Assembly: GCF_004010195.1 (NCBI RefSeq)
Contig: NC_057720.1
Coordinates: 323,636 to 359,102, forward strand
Source: Chiloscyllium plagiosum
Lineage: Eukaryota
Reading direction: 5' to 3'
DNA length: 35,467 bases
Below the pieces are notes generated by a model. That model made no database searches. It was not told the DNA's origin and saw only the letters and a program-made list of their open reading frames with translations. The position numbers were made by a program, and so were the translations under genes. Below, piece by piece: positions 12,701-24,700 of the stretch (the first letter of the stretch is position 1; each line of letters starts with the position of its first letter).

Positions 12701-15700
12701 AATGCCCCCCAACCTCCCATCCCCCTCCCACTCAGTAGGGCAGAGCTTTGGAACCATCAATCCAAAGTCCCCTGTTCCTCCTGAACTCGCTGTCACCTCC
12801 ACATATCTCCAGTTGCTCAGATCCTGGAGCCCAACATGAGATTTCTTGTAAAGAGGACTTTCAGTGTCACTAGGAACAGGCTAGAGGAACACCTTCATCA
12901 CCTGAAGTTACGCCTTGTGGACTGATCCTCCCACTGGGACAGTGAGTTCATATGAAATACTCCAAGATCAAGACACTTTGTGTTTCCATTTGTAACCTCC
13001 TTGGAGACAGATCCTGATGTGAGTGAAGGTATATAGAAAGCTGGTTTTATGAAGGAGGGTCTTACCTTTGGACCTTGTCTCCCGGGATATCCAGGTAATC
13101 CTGGAACGCCGAGTTTTCCCTGGAAAAGAAATACATTACAAGGATAGGACCACATGCCGAAGGCAAGTGACACTGTTAGAATGAGCAATCATTGAACATA
13201 TCCCACAAACTAAATACAGCCCTCCAATTGGCTGCTGTCTTTTCCAAAGCCACCCTTAGATGGTACTGCAGGATGGGGCCATTCAGCCCCTCAAAACTAC
13301 CCCAGATGATAACCAAATCAATATTTAAATCCCTCTAATATTCTCATTTCCATTGCCCTTAACTACCTGATTGACAAAAGTTCATCAATCTCCTTCTTGA
13401 ACACTTTGATTGGTCCCCAACCTCCTCGTCTCCAGGACATGATGTCAATCCTCAAAAAGTCAATCAAATGAGTTCAGCTTTTGAATGAACAGCCTCCACT
13501 GTCTCTCCATAGATTACCCACGATCACACTGGAATATTGATCCCTGGATCACTCTGGAATCTGTCCCTTCAAGCCCAGGCTCTGCAGGGTCTCCTGACCT
13601 GGACACGGTGAGGCAGCTGGTCAACACTGAGCTGACCCAATGGCCACATCAGTTCATGACCTTGTCCTTCTGTAGTGAGACCAAGGGACAGTTTCCACAA
13701 ATCAGGTCCAATCCCTGTCCTCCTTGCTCTGATACTGACCTTCTCTCCAGCAGATCCTGATGATCCAGCATCTCCTGGAGGCCCAGCACGACCTTTCGGC
13801 CCCTCAGGTCCATCCTCACCTCGAGGACCCACCAAACCAGTTTCACCCTGTGGCAGAGAGTAGAACACAATCATTTCTGGGCAGAGATACATTCACTTCT
13901 GCCCACCAACTATTCCTATGAATTCATTCAAAACATTTCAAACCAGCCAATAAGAATCCGTGGGATAGAGAATCCTACAGTACAGCAGGAGGCAATTCAG
14001 CTTTTTCACTCTGTGATGTTCCTGTTCCGGTATTTCTCCAATTCTTTTTTGAACATTATTTTGAATCTGCTCCCACCGCCATTTCAGGCAGAATGTTCCA
14101 GTTCACAACTCACTGTGTAAAACAATTCCCCTCCCCTCCCCCTCTGGGGCTCTTCCCGATTCCCTCCAATCTGTCTCCCTTTGCTCCCTCACCTTCCCGC
14201 CCCTTGAAATCTCCTAATGCAGGTTCAAAGGTCACAAGGGGAAAGTTCATTTTCCTGAGGACTTCCCAGGAAATCCCACCTCGGTGCCAGAGTCGAGACT
14301 GAGCTAGAGACAGGTTCCCATTCCCAATTCCCAATTCCCAGATCATGACGACTGTCAGCTGGATTGTGACCTTCACTTGGAAAGTCACAACATTTCAGTT
14401 CCAATCAGTAACAGATCAACTAGGTCTGGAAAGGATCTATTGTAATCGAGGTAATAAATTCAAACACAAAACTGGAGCTATAGGAGGTCCATCATACACT
14501 GGGGTTAAATGTAATAACTGAGTGTATAAGGAATAGAGTTGATTCAATGCCAGTTTTAAGCAGAGAGTGAGACCCAAGCTAGTCCCACTGAGAATCTGTC
14601 TGTGTTGTGGCTGGGCCAGAGGAACGCAGCACAGAGTGAATACAATGCGAGGCACTGGGAAAGGAGCTTACCCTTTCACCTTTCACACCCATGTCACCTT
14701 TAAACCCAGGAAAGCCATCTTCACCCTGAAAAGAGACAGAGAGTGACAAAGATGATTGTAACTGCCAGCAAACACTTTCCAATCAGGAGAAAGCAAACAT
14801 TTCACTTTGACTGAAGGAACTGAGGACACTTAGTGTCAGAAGTTAATTAGTTTGAGAAACTGTGATGTAAAGCACAACAAACATTAGCTCAGAAAAATAA
14901 AACAGTAGGTGCCTGTGATTAAATAGACTGGGGCCAGAGAGTTATTTACAACATAGGACGCCACTCACTCTGGCCTCCCCACTGAGGAACACAGTCACTC
15001 TCATTCTTATGCTGCATTCCCAAAACCCTGAGTTTATTTCCCTCAACTTCCTTTTGGAATCATTCATCATTTTCATTTGTGAGTGTTCCCCTTCCTCCCA
15101 GCACTCATGTTTATATCTGCTCTGAATGGTATCCCTCAGTGAAACCTCAGTCAGGAGCAACTTGCTGGCTTCTCCAGCCCCTTCTCACCGCAACCATCCT
15201 GGTCAATACCCTCTACGAGTGAGTCAGTATCACCTCTCTCTCTGCACATCACCTCGTCCCTCACACTCTCGTACCTTCCCCCAGACCGCAGGCTCTCACT
15301 CCACCACCACTGACTGCTTCTGGCATCACAATCATCATTGACCATTCCTCTAACTCTCACATCATTGGCAAATTTTGAAATGTTACTCTGTAATTCACTT
15401 AGGTATACAGGTACAACAGTAGTGGCTCTAGCACGGACCCTGGGGAACACCATTCGTCATCTCCAGTCTGAGAAATAGCTATTTACCACAACCAGCAGGA
15501 TCTCGCACTCAGACTGGAGTTTCTCTCTCCTCAGACCCGCTGAGATTCTCCAGCAATTTGCCTGTTTGTGTCAGATTCCCAGTATCTGCAGGGTTTTATT
15601 TTTATTTGCCACACCTTGCAGCAACAGGATGCCAAGACCTGCTCTCTCTCTCTCTCTCGGACATTCAGACCATGGAGATGTGGACTTCAGCCTCAGTCTC

Positions 15701-18700
15701 ATTCTCCTCCTCCTGTGGTTTGAATATTCCTCGCTTTCTCTTTTTTCCCACCCATACTGGCTCCAGGCCACCAGGCCAACTCCTCCCGAAAGAAACTGAC
15801 CAAGCAAATCTGGAAAAAAACACATTTATCTGGAGGGTTCCTCCCAGTTTTGGAAATAAGCTGCTAACTGGCCAGATTAAACCAGTTCAATCCCCTCAAT
15901 ACTGAGGCAGGGATCCCATAATTTGAATTGTGTTCAGGATCTCAGAGTGAATGAAATCTGTTCGAACTGGCCAATCTGTGCACAGCAAACACCCACTAGC
16001 AGGTACGTGAGAGTGAGCAGATGGTCCTTGTGAATTAAGTAAAGAGGTAACATTTGCTGAGCAATGACACACAGAGATCCCACTGTCCCTCAAAGCCTGG
16101 CTGTTGGAGTGTTCACATCGATTATCGGGACAACAGAGGAAACCTGTACCATCCAAAACACAAAACAGTCAACAGCACAGACTTCACACAAAGGCTTGTG
16201 ACAATCAGATAAAAATACAAACCTCAAAAAGGTCACCCCTCAGCCACTGACGCTCCAGGGAAAACAGCTCCAGCCTATTCAGCCTCTCCCTGTAGCTCTA
16301 ATCCTCCAACCCTGGCAACATCCTTGTAAATCTTTTCTGAACCCTTTCAAGTTTCACAACATCTTTCCCTCGGACCTTACCATTAAGTGTATAAGTCCTG
16401 CTAAGATTTGCTTTCCCAAAATGCAGCACCTCACATTTATCTGAATTAAATTCCATCTGCCACTCCCCAGCCCATTGGCAAATCTGGTCAAGATCCTGTT
16501 GTAATCTGAGGTAACCCTCTTCGCTGTCCACTACACCTCCAATTTTAGTGTCGTCTGTAAACTTACTAACTATATTCTATATTTACATCCAGATCATTTA
16601 TGTAAATGACAAAAAGTAGAGGATCCAGCACCGATCCTTGTGGCACTCCACTGGTCACAGGCCTCCAGTCTGAAAAACAACCCTCCACCACGACCCTCTG
16701 TCTTCTACCTTTGAGCCAGTTCTCCCAGTATCCAAATGGCTAGTTCTCCCTGGATAGGGTTAACAGACAATGGAGTGGGGAGTCCAAAACTAGAGGGCAT
16801 AGGTTTAGGGTGAGAGGGGAAAGATGTACAACATTTAAAAGGCATCTGGATGGGTACATGAATAGGAAGGGTTTGGATGGATATGGGCCAAGTGCTGGCA
16901 AATGGGAATAGATTAATTTGGGATATCTGGTCAGAATGGATGAGTTGGTCCGAAGAGTCCGTTTCCGTGCTATACATCTCTATGACTCTGTGACTGGATT
17001 AGAGAGAGAGAGAAACATCAGCCATGGTCCCTGCTCAGGGTCTCCACCCAGAGGCGGCTACAAGCAAATGTTTATAAATTCAGCTCAAACTGCCTCGTGT
17101 CATCCAAAACTCAGAGTCTGGCCTCTAGCCCACACCATGTCCTCTTCACCCAGTATCCTGCGCTCTGCTCACTGACCCACATTAACACTCGGCTGCACAG
17201 GCAGCCTGGTTCAGGTAAAGGTGGGCAGATGTGGAGGTGCCCGTGTTGGGCTGGGGTGGTATCCTGTGCATGTTTGATACAGCAGCCCTCCAGCAGTCTG
17301 CTCTGAGAGATTTAAGTCATCCTGTTTGACAGTCCTTTGTGACCATCTATCTGAACTGGGACTTGAGTTTTTAACTCAGAGATAGGGACACTACCACAGC
17401 ACCATGACCACAAGATAATAAGATGCAGAAATGCAGAGTAGAAATAGGCCAATCAGCCCATCGAGCCTGGTCTGCTATTCAATAAGTTCATGGCTGATCT
17501 GATCATTCTTAACTCCACCCTCCTACCTTTTCAATATAACCCTCGATTCCCTTTCTGATTAAAAATCTGGCTCTTTCAGCCTTGAATTTATTTAATGCCA
17601 CAGCCTCAACAGCCCTCTGTGATAAAGAATTCCACAGATTCCTTCCCATCTGAGAGAAGAAGTGAGATGGAATTTCTGTCTTAAGTGTGCAACCCTAATT
17701 TCTGAGACGATGCCCTCTGCTGTGAGGCTTTCCCACAAAAGGGGACGATCCTTTCCACATTCACCCCGGTAAGTGCCCTATGCATCTTGTATGTTACAAT
17801 GAGGTCACCTCTCGTTTTCCTAAACATCAATGTGCTCAAGCCCTCCTCCTACAGCACTCTGTGCACACCCGGAGCGTCAGGAGAGTGAGCTGTCTGCTTC
17901 CCTGATATTTGCTGAATGATGAGGAAAGAAACAGGGAGATTTAAATGCTGGATCTTGTTGTTTATTGGACAGTTGGAGAGAGAAACAGAGTTAACATTTC
18001 AAGTCCAGTGACCCTTCAGTGGTGGCGACACTCTGGGACACAGTCAGGAGGGAGTTACTGAACATCTCACATGCCTGTTGTTCTCACTGGACCCAAAACA
18101 TTGACTCTGCTGTCTCTCCACAGGTGACTGCCAGACCTGCTGAGTTTCACCAGAATTCTCAGTTTTTGCTTGTTTCGGATTTCCAACATCTACAGCTTCT
18201 TTTATTTTAGTTTTATTGAAGATATTTGCTTTCACTCCAGGATTTAATTAAACTCCAGTGATGTCAGTCAGACCCATCTCTTAATCACTTGCTTGCCCTG
18301 AAGAATGGATGTTAATTGTAATAAATGATTCATCACAGACAGTCAAGAGCTCCACTTTCTCCAGTCCATTCCCTGTTCAGGATCTCACATAATAATATCT
18401 GGCAAATAGAATCCCACATCCATCACCTCCCAAGAGTTAGTCTTTCAGAAATGAAGAACTTTTCTGAATGTTTTCACGTCCTTAACTTCCCCAGTAAAAT
18501 CTGTCTCCTATTCATAGCAGGCAGGAGCAAACAGCACCGAAACATTCTTCAGCAAAAAATCACCCAAACCATCAACAGAAAAGAGCTGATTCCTGGAAAC
18601 TAGGATCAGGAACAAACCATTCAGCCCTTCAAACCTAGCCTACCATTCCTTATGGCCATGGCCAATCGGGATTTCTGCAGTATGGTGATGCCAACATTCC

Positions 18701-21700
18701 CACACCTGGGTTAGACCCCGGGGCTACATTCACCGGTTGGAGTCAGAGAGTCTCTCTTTCTCAGAGAAACATCCTGCCCCAGGGAATAGCCAGTAAAACT
18801 GAGGCAGGCTCCCCTGGCAATTCCAAACCTCTCAGCCCAGTGTTTGGGATCAGGCCGTGGTGTGGGGTGTCAGTGGGGAAGCAGAGGATGGACCCACACT
18901 GGGGGTGGGGATTGGAAGGGAGGAGAGGGGCGGAACAGGGAGGGGAGGGGATGAGATGAGAGGGGAGGGGAGGGCCACTGAGTGCTCAGGGACTGTGCTT
19001 TGGGCAGGGAGTGAGGAGGCAGGAGGTGGTAACTGATGGGGTGGTTGGGGTGGAGAGAGCCACACCTTGAGGGGGCAGGCTATGGACAGGGGCTCCATTC
19101 CCATTGGCTGGTTAAGGGCCTTTGACAGGATGAGGGGTTGGCGGACTGTCCTCCCCCACTCCAGGACAATCTCAGAACAACTGAGGCCAGAGGGAGGGAA
19201 GGTCAATGGTCTGTTTCCTTTTGTAAACAGTGTGGATGTGCAGCGTACAGCACAGCACAAGCTTTTGGTGAGACTGATTGCTATAAGTGCCCATTTCTCC
19301 AGCCTAGCATTTATAAAGTTTCTCCACTTGACTATGTCTCATCTCATTATCTCACACCAACACAGTCAGCATTGTCTGGGTCAGTCAGAGTTCACAACCA
19401 ATTCAACCCCTGGACAATCAAACTTCCCAAATCCTCCTGCTCCTCTCACAATTGTACACCATCTTGCACTGACCTTAATTCAATAAATTGAATCCTGAGG
19501 TATTTCGCTGGAGTGTGAGAAAGCAAACTGTGCATCAAGCCACAGAAATAAATATCAGAAGCATTGACATGCAGTATGTTCAGAGAGTTCAGGTTTAAGG
19601 AGCTTCTTAAAGAGGTGGGGGGGGGGGGGGGGGGGGGGAGGTTGGAGAAAGTGGGAGGGCGAGAAGTTGTTATGGGTGACTTAACTTTCCCAATATTGAC
19701 TGGAACCGCCTTAGTGCAGATGGTTTGGATGGAGCAGTTTGTGTCGGGTGTGTTCAGGAGGGTTTCCTTACTCAGTATGTAGACAGACCGACGAGGGGAG
19801 AGGCCATTTTGGATTTGGTGCTCGGCAATGAGCCAGGACAGGTGTCAGATCTCGCGGTGGGAGGACACTTTGGTGAAAGGGATCACAACTGCCTCACATT
19901 TCCCTTGGAGAGGGAAAGGAGCAGTTACCGAGGGAAGATATTTAATTGGGGAAAAGGAAATTATGACGCGATCAGACAGGAGTTGGGTAGTACAGACTGG
20001 GAGCAATTGTTCTACAGAAAGGGCACAGCAGACATGTGGAGACAGGTTAAGGAGAAGTTGTTGCGAGTGATGGACAAATTCATTCCTCTGAGTCAGGTAA
20101 GAAGGGGGGTAAGATTAAGGAACCTTGGATGACGAGAACAGAGGAACTTTTTGTCAAAAGAAAAAAGGCAGCTTATGTAAGAGGGAGGAAGCAAGGATCT
20201 AGCACAGCTTTAGAGGGTTACAGGCTTGCTAGAAAGGAGCTCAGAAATGGACTGAGGAGAGCCAGGAGGGGACACGAAAAAGGCTTGGCAAGACGGATTA
20301 GAGAGAAACCAAAGGCTTTTTACTCATATGTGAGGAATAAGAGAATGATCAGGGAGAAGGTAGGGCCGGTCAGGGATAGCGGAGGGAACTTGTGCGTGGA
20401 GTCTGAGCAGATAGGGGAAGCCCTAAACGAGATTTTGCTTCGGTTTTCACTGAGGAAAGGGACCTTGTTGTGAATGAAAATTGAGCTGGGATACAGACTT
20501 GACCAGATCAAGATTGATGAAGTTGATGTGCTGGAAATTTTGGAAAACATTAAGATTGATAAGTTCCCAGGACCAGACCAGATTTATCCTAGGCTGCTCC
20601 AGGAAGTGAGAAAGGAGGTTGCTAAGCCGTTGGTGAGGATATTTGCCACCTCACTCTCCACGGGAGTCGTACCAGAGGATTGGAAGGAGGCGAATGTTGT
20701 TCCACTTTTCAAGAAGGGGATAGGAAAATTTCTGACAATTGTGATAGATATAGGACAGGTGTCAGAGGTAGTTTCTTTACTCAGAGAGTAGTAAGGATAT
20801 GGAATGCTTTGCCTGCAACGGTAGTAGATTCGCCAACTTTAAGTACATTTAAGTCGTCATTGGACAAGCATATGGACGTACATGGAATAGTGTAGGAGGG
20901 ATGGGCTCCAGATTGGTATGACAGGTCGGCGCAACATCGAGGGCCGAAGGGCCTGTACTGCGCTGTAATGTTCTATGTTCTATTACAGTCTTACGTCTGT
21001 AGTGAGCAAGGTTTTGGAAAGAATTCTGAGGGATAGGATTTATGACTATTTGGAAAAGCAAAGTGTGGTTAAAGGCAGTCAGCATGGCTTTGTGAGGGCC
21101 AGGTCATGCCTCACAAGTCTTCTTGAGTTCTTTGAGGAGGTGACAAGACAGGTCAATGAAGGTCAAGCAGTGGATGTGGTGTATATGGACTTCTGCAAGA
21201 CATTTGATAGGGTTCCCCATGGTAGACTCATTCATAAAGTCAGGAAGTATGGGATACAGGGAGATTTGGCTGTCTGGATTCAGAATTGGTTGGCTGACAG
21301 AAGTCAGAGAGTGGTTGTAGATGGAAAGTATTCTGCCTGGAGGTCAGTGTTGAGTGGTGTCCCACAGGGCTCTGTACTTGGCCCTTTGCTCTTTGTAGCT
21401 TTTATAAATGACTTGGATGAGGAGGTTGAGGGTGGGTTAATAAATTTGAAGATGACACAAAGGTTGGAGGTATCGTTGATAGTATTGCGGGATACTGCAG
21501 GCTGCAGCGCAACATAGACAGGATGCAGAGCTGGGCTGAGAAATGGCAGATGGAGTTCAACCTGGATAAATGCGAAGTGATGCATTTTGGAAGGTCGAAC
21601 TTAAATGCTGAATATAGGACTAAAGATAGTGAGGGATCTGGGTGTGCAAGTACATAGATCCCTCAAAGCTGCCACCCAAGTAGATAGGGTTGTTAAGAAA

Positions 21701-24700
21701 GCATATGGTGTTTTGGCTTTCATTAACAGGGTGATCGAGTTTAAGAGCTGTGAGGTTTTGCTGCAGCTCTACAAGTCCCTGGTGAGACCACACTTGGAAT
21801 ATTGTGTCCGGTTCTGGTCGCCCTACTATCGGAAAGATACAGAGGCTTTGGAGAGGGTGCAAAGAAGGTTTACCAGGATGCTGTCTGGACTGGAGGGCTT
21901 GCCTTATGAAGAGAGGTTGACTGAGCTCGGATTTTTCTCTCTGGAGAGAAGGAGGAAGAGAGGTGATCTGATCGAGGTATACAAGGTAATGAGCTGCATG
22001 GAGAGAGTCAACAGCCAGAGACTTTTCCCCAGGGCAGGATTGACTGGTACGAGGGGTCATAGTTTGAAGATATTAGGAGGAAGGTATAGAGGAGACGTCA
22101 GAGGTAGGTTCTTTACACAGAGAGTTGTGAATGCATGTAATGAGTTGCCTGCAGTGGTGGTGGAAGCAGAGTCATTGGGGACACTTAAGCGACTGCTAGA
22201 CATGCACATGAATAGCAGTGAAATTGAGGGGTGCGCTAGCTTATCTCTCCATGCTTCAGGCTCACTGCCTTTATTCCTGATGAAGGGCTTTTGCCCGAAA
22301 CGTCGATTTCAAAGCTCCTTGGATGCTGCCTGAACTGCTGTGCTCTTCCAGCACCACTAATCCAGAATCTGGTTTCTAGCATCTGCAGTCATTGTTTTTA
22401 TCTCATCTATTTTATTTAAGATTAGGAATAATCCTCGGCACAACATCGTGGGCTGAAGGGCCTGTACTATGCTGTACTTTTCTATGTTCTATGTTCGAAA
22501 GAACAAAAAATAACACAGCACTGAAACCAGCCCTCCGTCCCTGCGCTGACACATTTTGCCCTTCCATACTGAAACTGTCTTCACTTACAGGATCCGTATC
22601 CCTCTATTCCCTTCCTATTCCTGTATCCATTCAGGTGCTTCTTGAACACTGCTATTGTGTCTGCTTCCATTCCCTCCTCTGGCAGCGGGTTCCAGGCTCT
22701 CACCACCCTTTGTGTGAAAAACCTGACCTCACCATGTCTCTTTTAAACTTCCCTCCCCCTCACACCTTGAACCCGAATCCCTGAGTAATTGATCCCTCCA
22801 TCCTGGGAAAAAGCCTCATGCTATCCACTATATCCATGACATTCACCCCTCAACCTCCTGCGTTCCAGTGAAAACAAACCCAGTCTGTCCAACCTTTCTT
22901 CATAACTAAAACTAGACAACATACTCAACAACATCCCAGTAAACCTTTCTGTCCCCTCCCCAAAACATCTACATCCTTCTGGTAGTGTGGTAGCCAGAAC
23001 TGTACACAATATTCCAAGTGTGGCCTAATTAAAGTTCTATAAAGCTGCAGTATAATTTGCCTATCCTTATACTCAATGTCTCATCCAATGAAGGTAAGCA
23101 TGTCAAAAGCTTTTTTACTCCCTTATCTACCTGCCCTGTCACCCGACAGGAGGTTTACCTGTGCACCTGCGATACCTACAGCCCTCTGTATGCAATACTC
23201 CCAATGGCTCTAATATGATTTCCACCTGTACTTGACCTTCCAAAATGCGTAAGCTGGCAGACACGGGAGAGAGGAGGAGGAGTGGGACGAGGGGGACAGA
23301 GAGAGGTTAAGGAAGGAATTGCAGAGCTTGTAGTCCAGACAGCAGAAGCCACGGCCACCAATGTTGGAGGATTTCATTCCAGAAAAGGTGAGGTCAGAAT
23401 TTGAGCAGAGAACTGGGTGGGTTATGGGCCTGGAGAAGATTGGAGAGACAGAGGCGATGGAGGGATTTGTAAACAAGAATGAAAATTTTAAAATTGATGC
23501 GGTTCTTGACCAGATCCAATGGAGGTTAGTGAATACAGGTGAGTATGTCGGGGAGGAATAATCCCTCAGGGACACCAGAGGTAATAGTGCAGGAGGAGGG
23601 GCAAGCCAATGTGAGGGATTTTCTGGCTGTGATCAGGAAGATGAGGTTGGAGCCAGGGAGCACTGTCCTATTGAACTGAAGGATGATTCCAAGTAACTGC
23701 AGCTTCAGAAATCCTGGCTCCAAAACAGATTTATCCGATTGCTGGCAGCCCTGCCTTCAGATACCTGGATCCCAAACTCAGGAATTCCATTGTTAATGCC
23801 CTTCACTCCACACCCCTTTCTCACTCTGTTCCTCTTTCAAACTCACTTTCTGATTGAAGACATTTCGAGTAACACAGCGTGAAAACAGGTCCTTCGGCCC
23901 ATCCCATCCATGCGGCTAAGTTTCCTAAACTGAACTCTTCCCAATTGCCAGCATCCGGCCCATATCCCTCTAAACCTTCCTATTCATATACCTAGGAGCA
24001 GGAAAATCGACGTTTCGGGCAAAAGCCCTTCATCAGGGCCTCTATTCTTGATGAAGGGCTTTTGCCCGAAACATCAATTTTCCTGCTCCTCGGATGCTGC
24101 CTGACCTGCTGTGCTTTTCCAGCACCACTCTAATCTAGACTCTGGTTTCCAGCATCCGCAGCCCTTGTTTTTACCTATTCATATACCTAACCAGATGCCT
24201 TTTAAATGTTGTAATTGTACCACTTCCCCTGACAGCTCATTCCATAGACACACCACCCTCTGTGTGAAAATGTTACTCCTTTTAAATATTTCCTGTCTCA
24301 CCCTAAACCTATACCCTCTAGTTTTGGACTTCTGTAAACCCACCTCATGGACCAAGCTTTCTCATTGGACCTCTCTTTCTGGGGCTGAGCACAATATTTT
24401 CTTTTGGAATTGCTCCTGAGCCTCAGTACACGTCAATGTTTGGAAGGTATTCTGTCACATGGTGTCATGGTGGCTCACAGTGCCAGGGACCTGGGTTCGA
24501 TCCCAGTCTTGGGTGACTGTTGACTTGTGGGTGCTCCTGTTTCATCCCACAGTCCAAAGATGTGCAGGTTAGGTGGATTGGCATGGAGAATGCAGGGATA
24601 CAGGGGGGATGGGCTGCTTGTTGGAGGGTCAGCATGGACTCGATGGGCTGAATGACCTACTTTCACACTGTCGGGATTCTATGTTGTGAACAACTGCAAA

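Larger units (their letters stand above)
19660..22495 (+). mobile_element. CR1 LINE ORF2 (end of endonuclease plus RT plus 3' tail), decayed; extra CR1 3' piece at about 20742-20982
   Basis: [74 protein letters not shown] tail. Confidence 0.93.

Noticed and set aside
15615..15809. Possible extra minus-strand exon after a good acceptor (tgtgtttttttccAG)
   Set aside because: There is no Gly-X-Y, there is an in-frame stop, donors are weak, and the flanking collagen exons already join with nothing missing.
19660..22333. Active reverse transcriptase gene
   Set aside because: It has multiple frameshifts and stops, a disrupted FADD catalytic region and nested insertions, so it is a dead CR1 copy.
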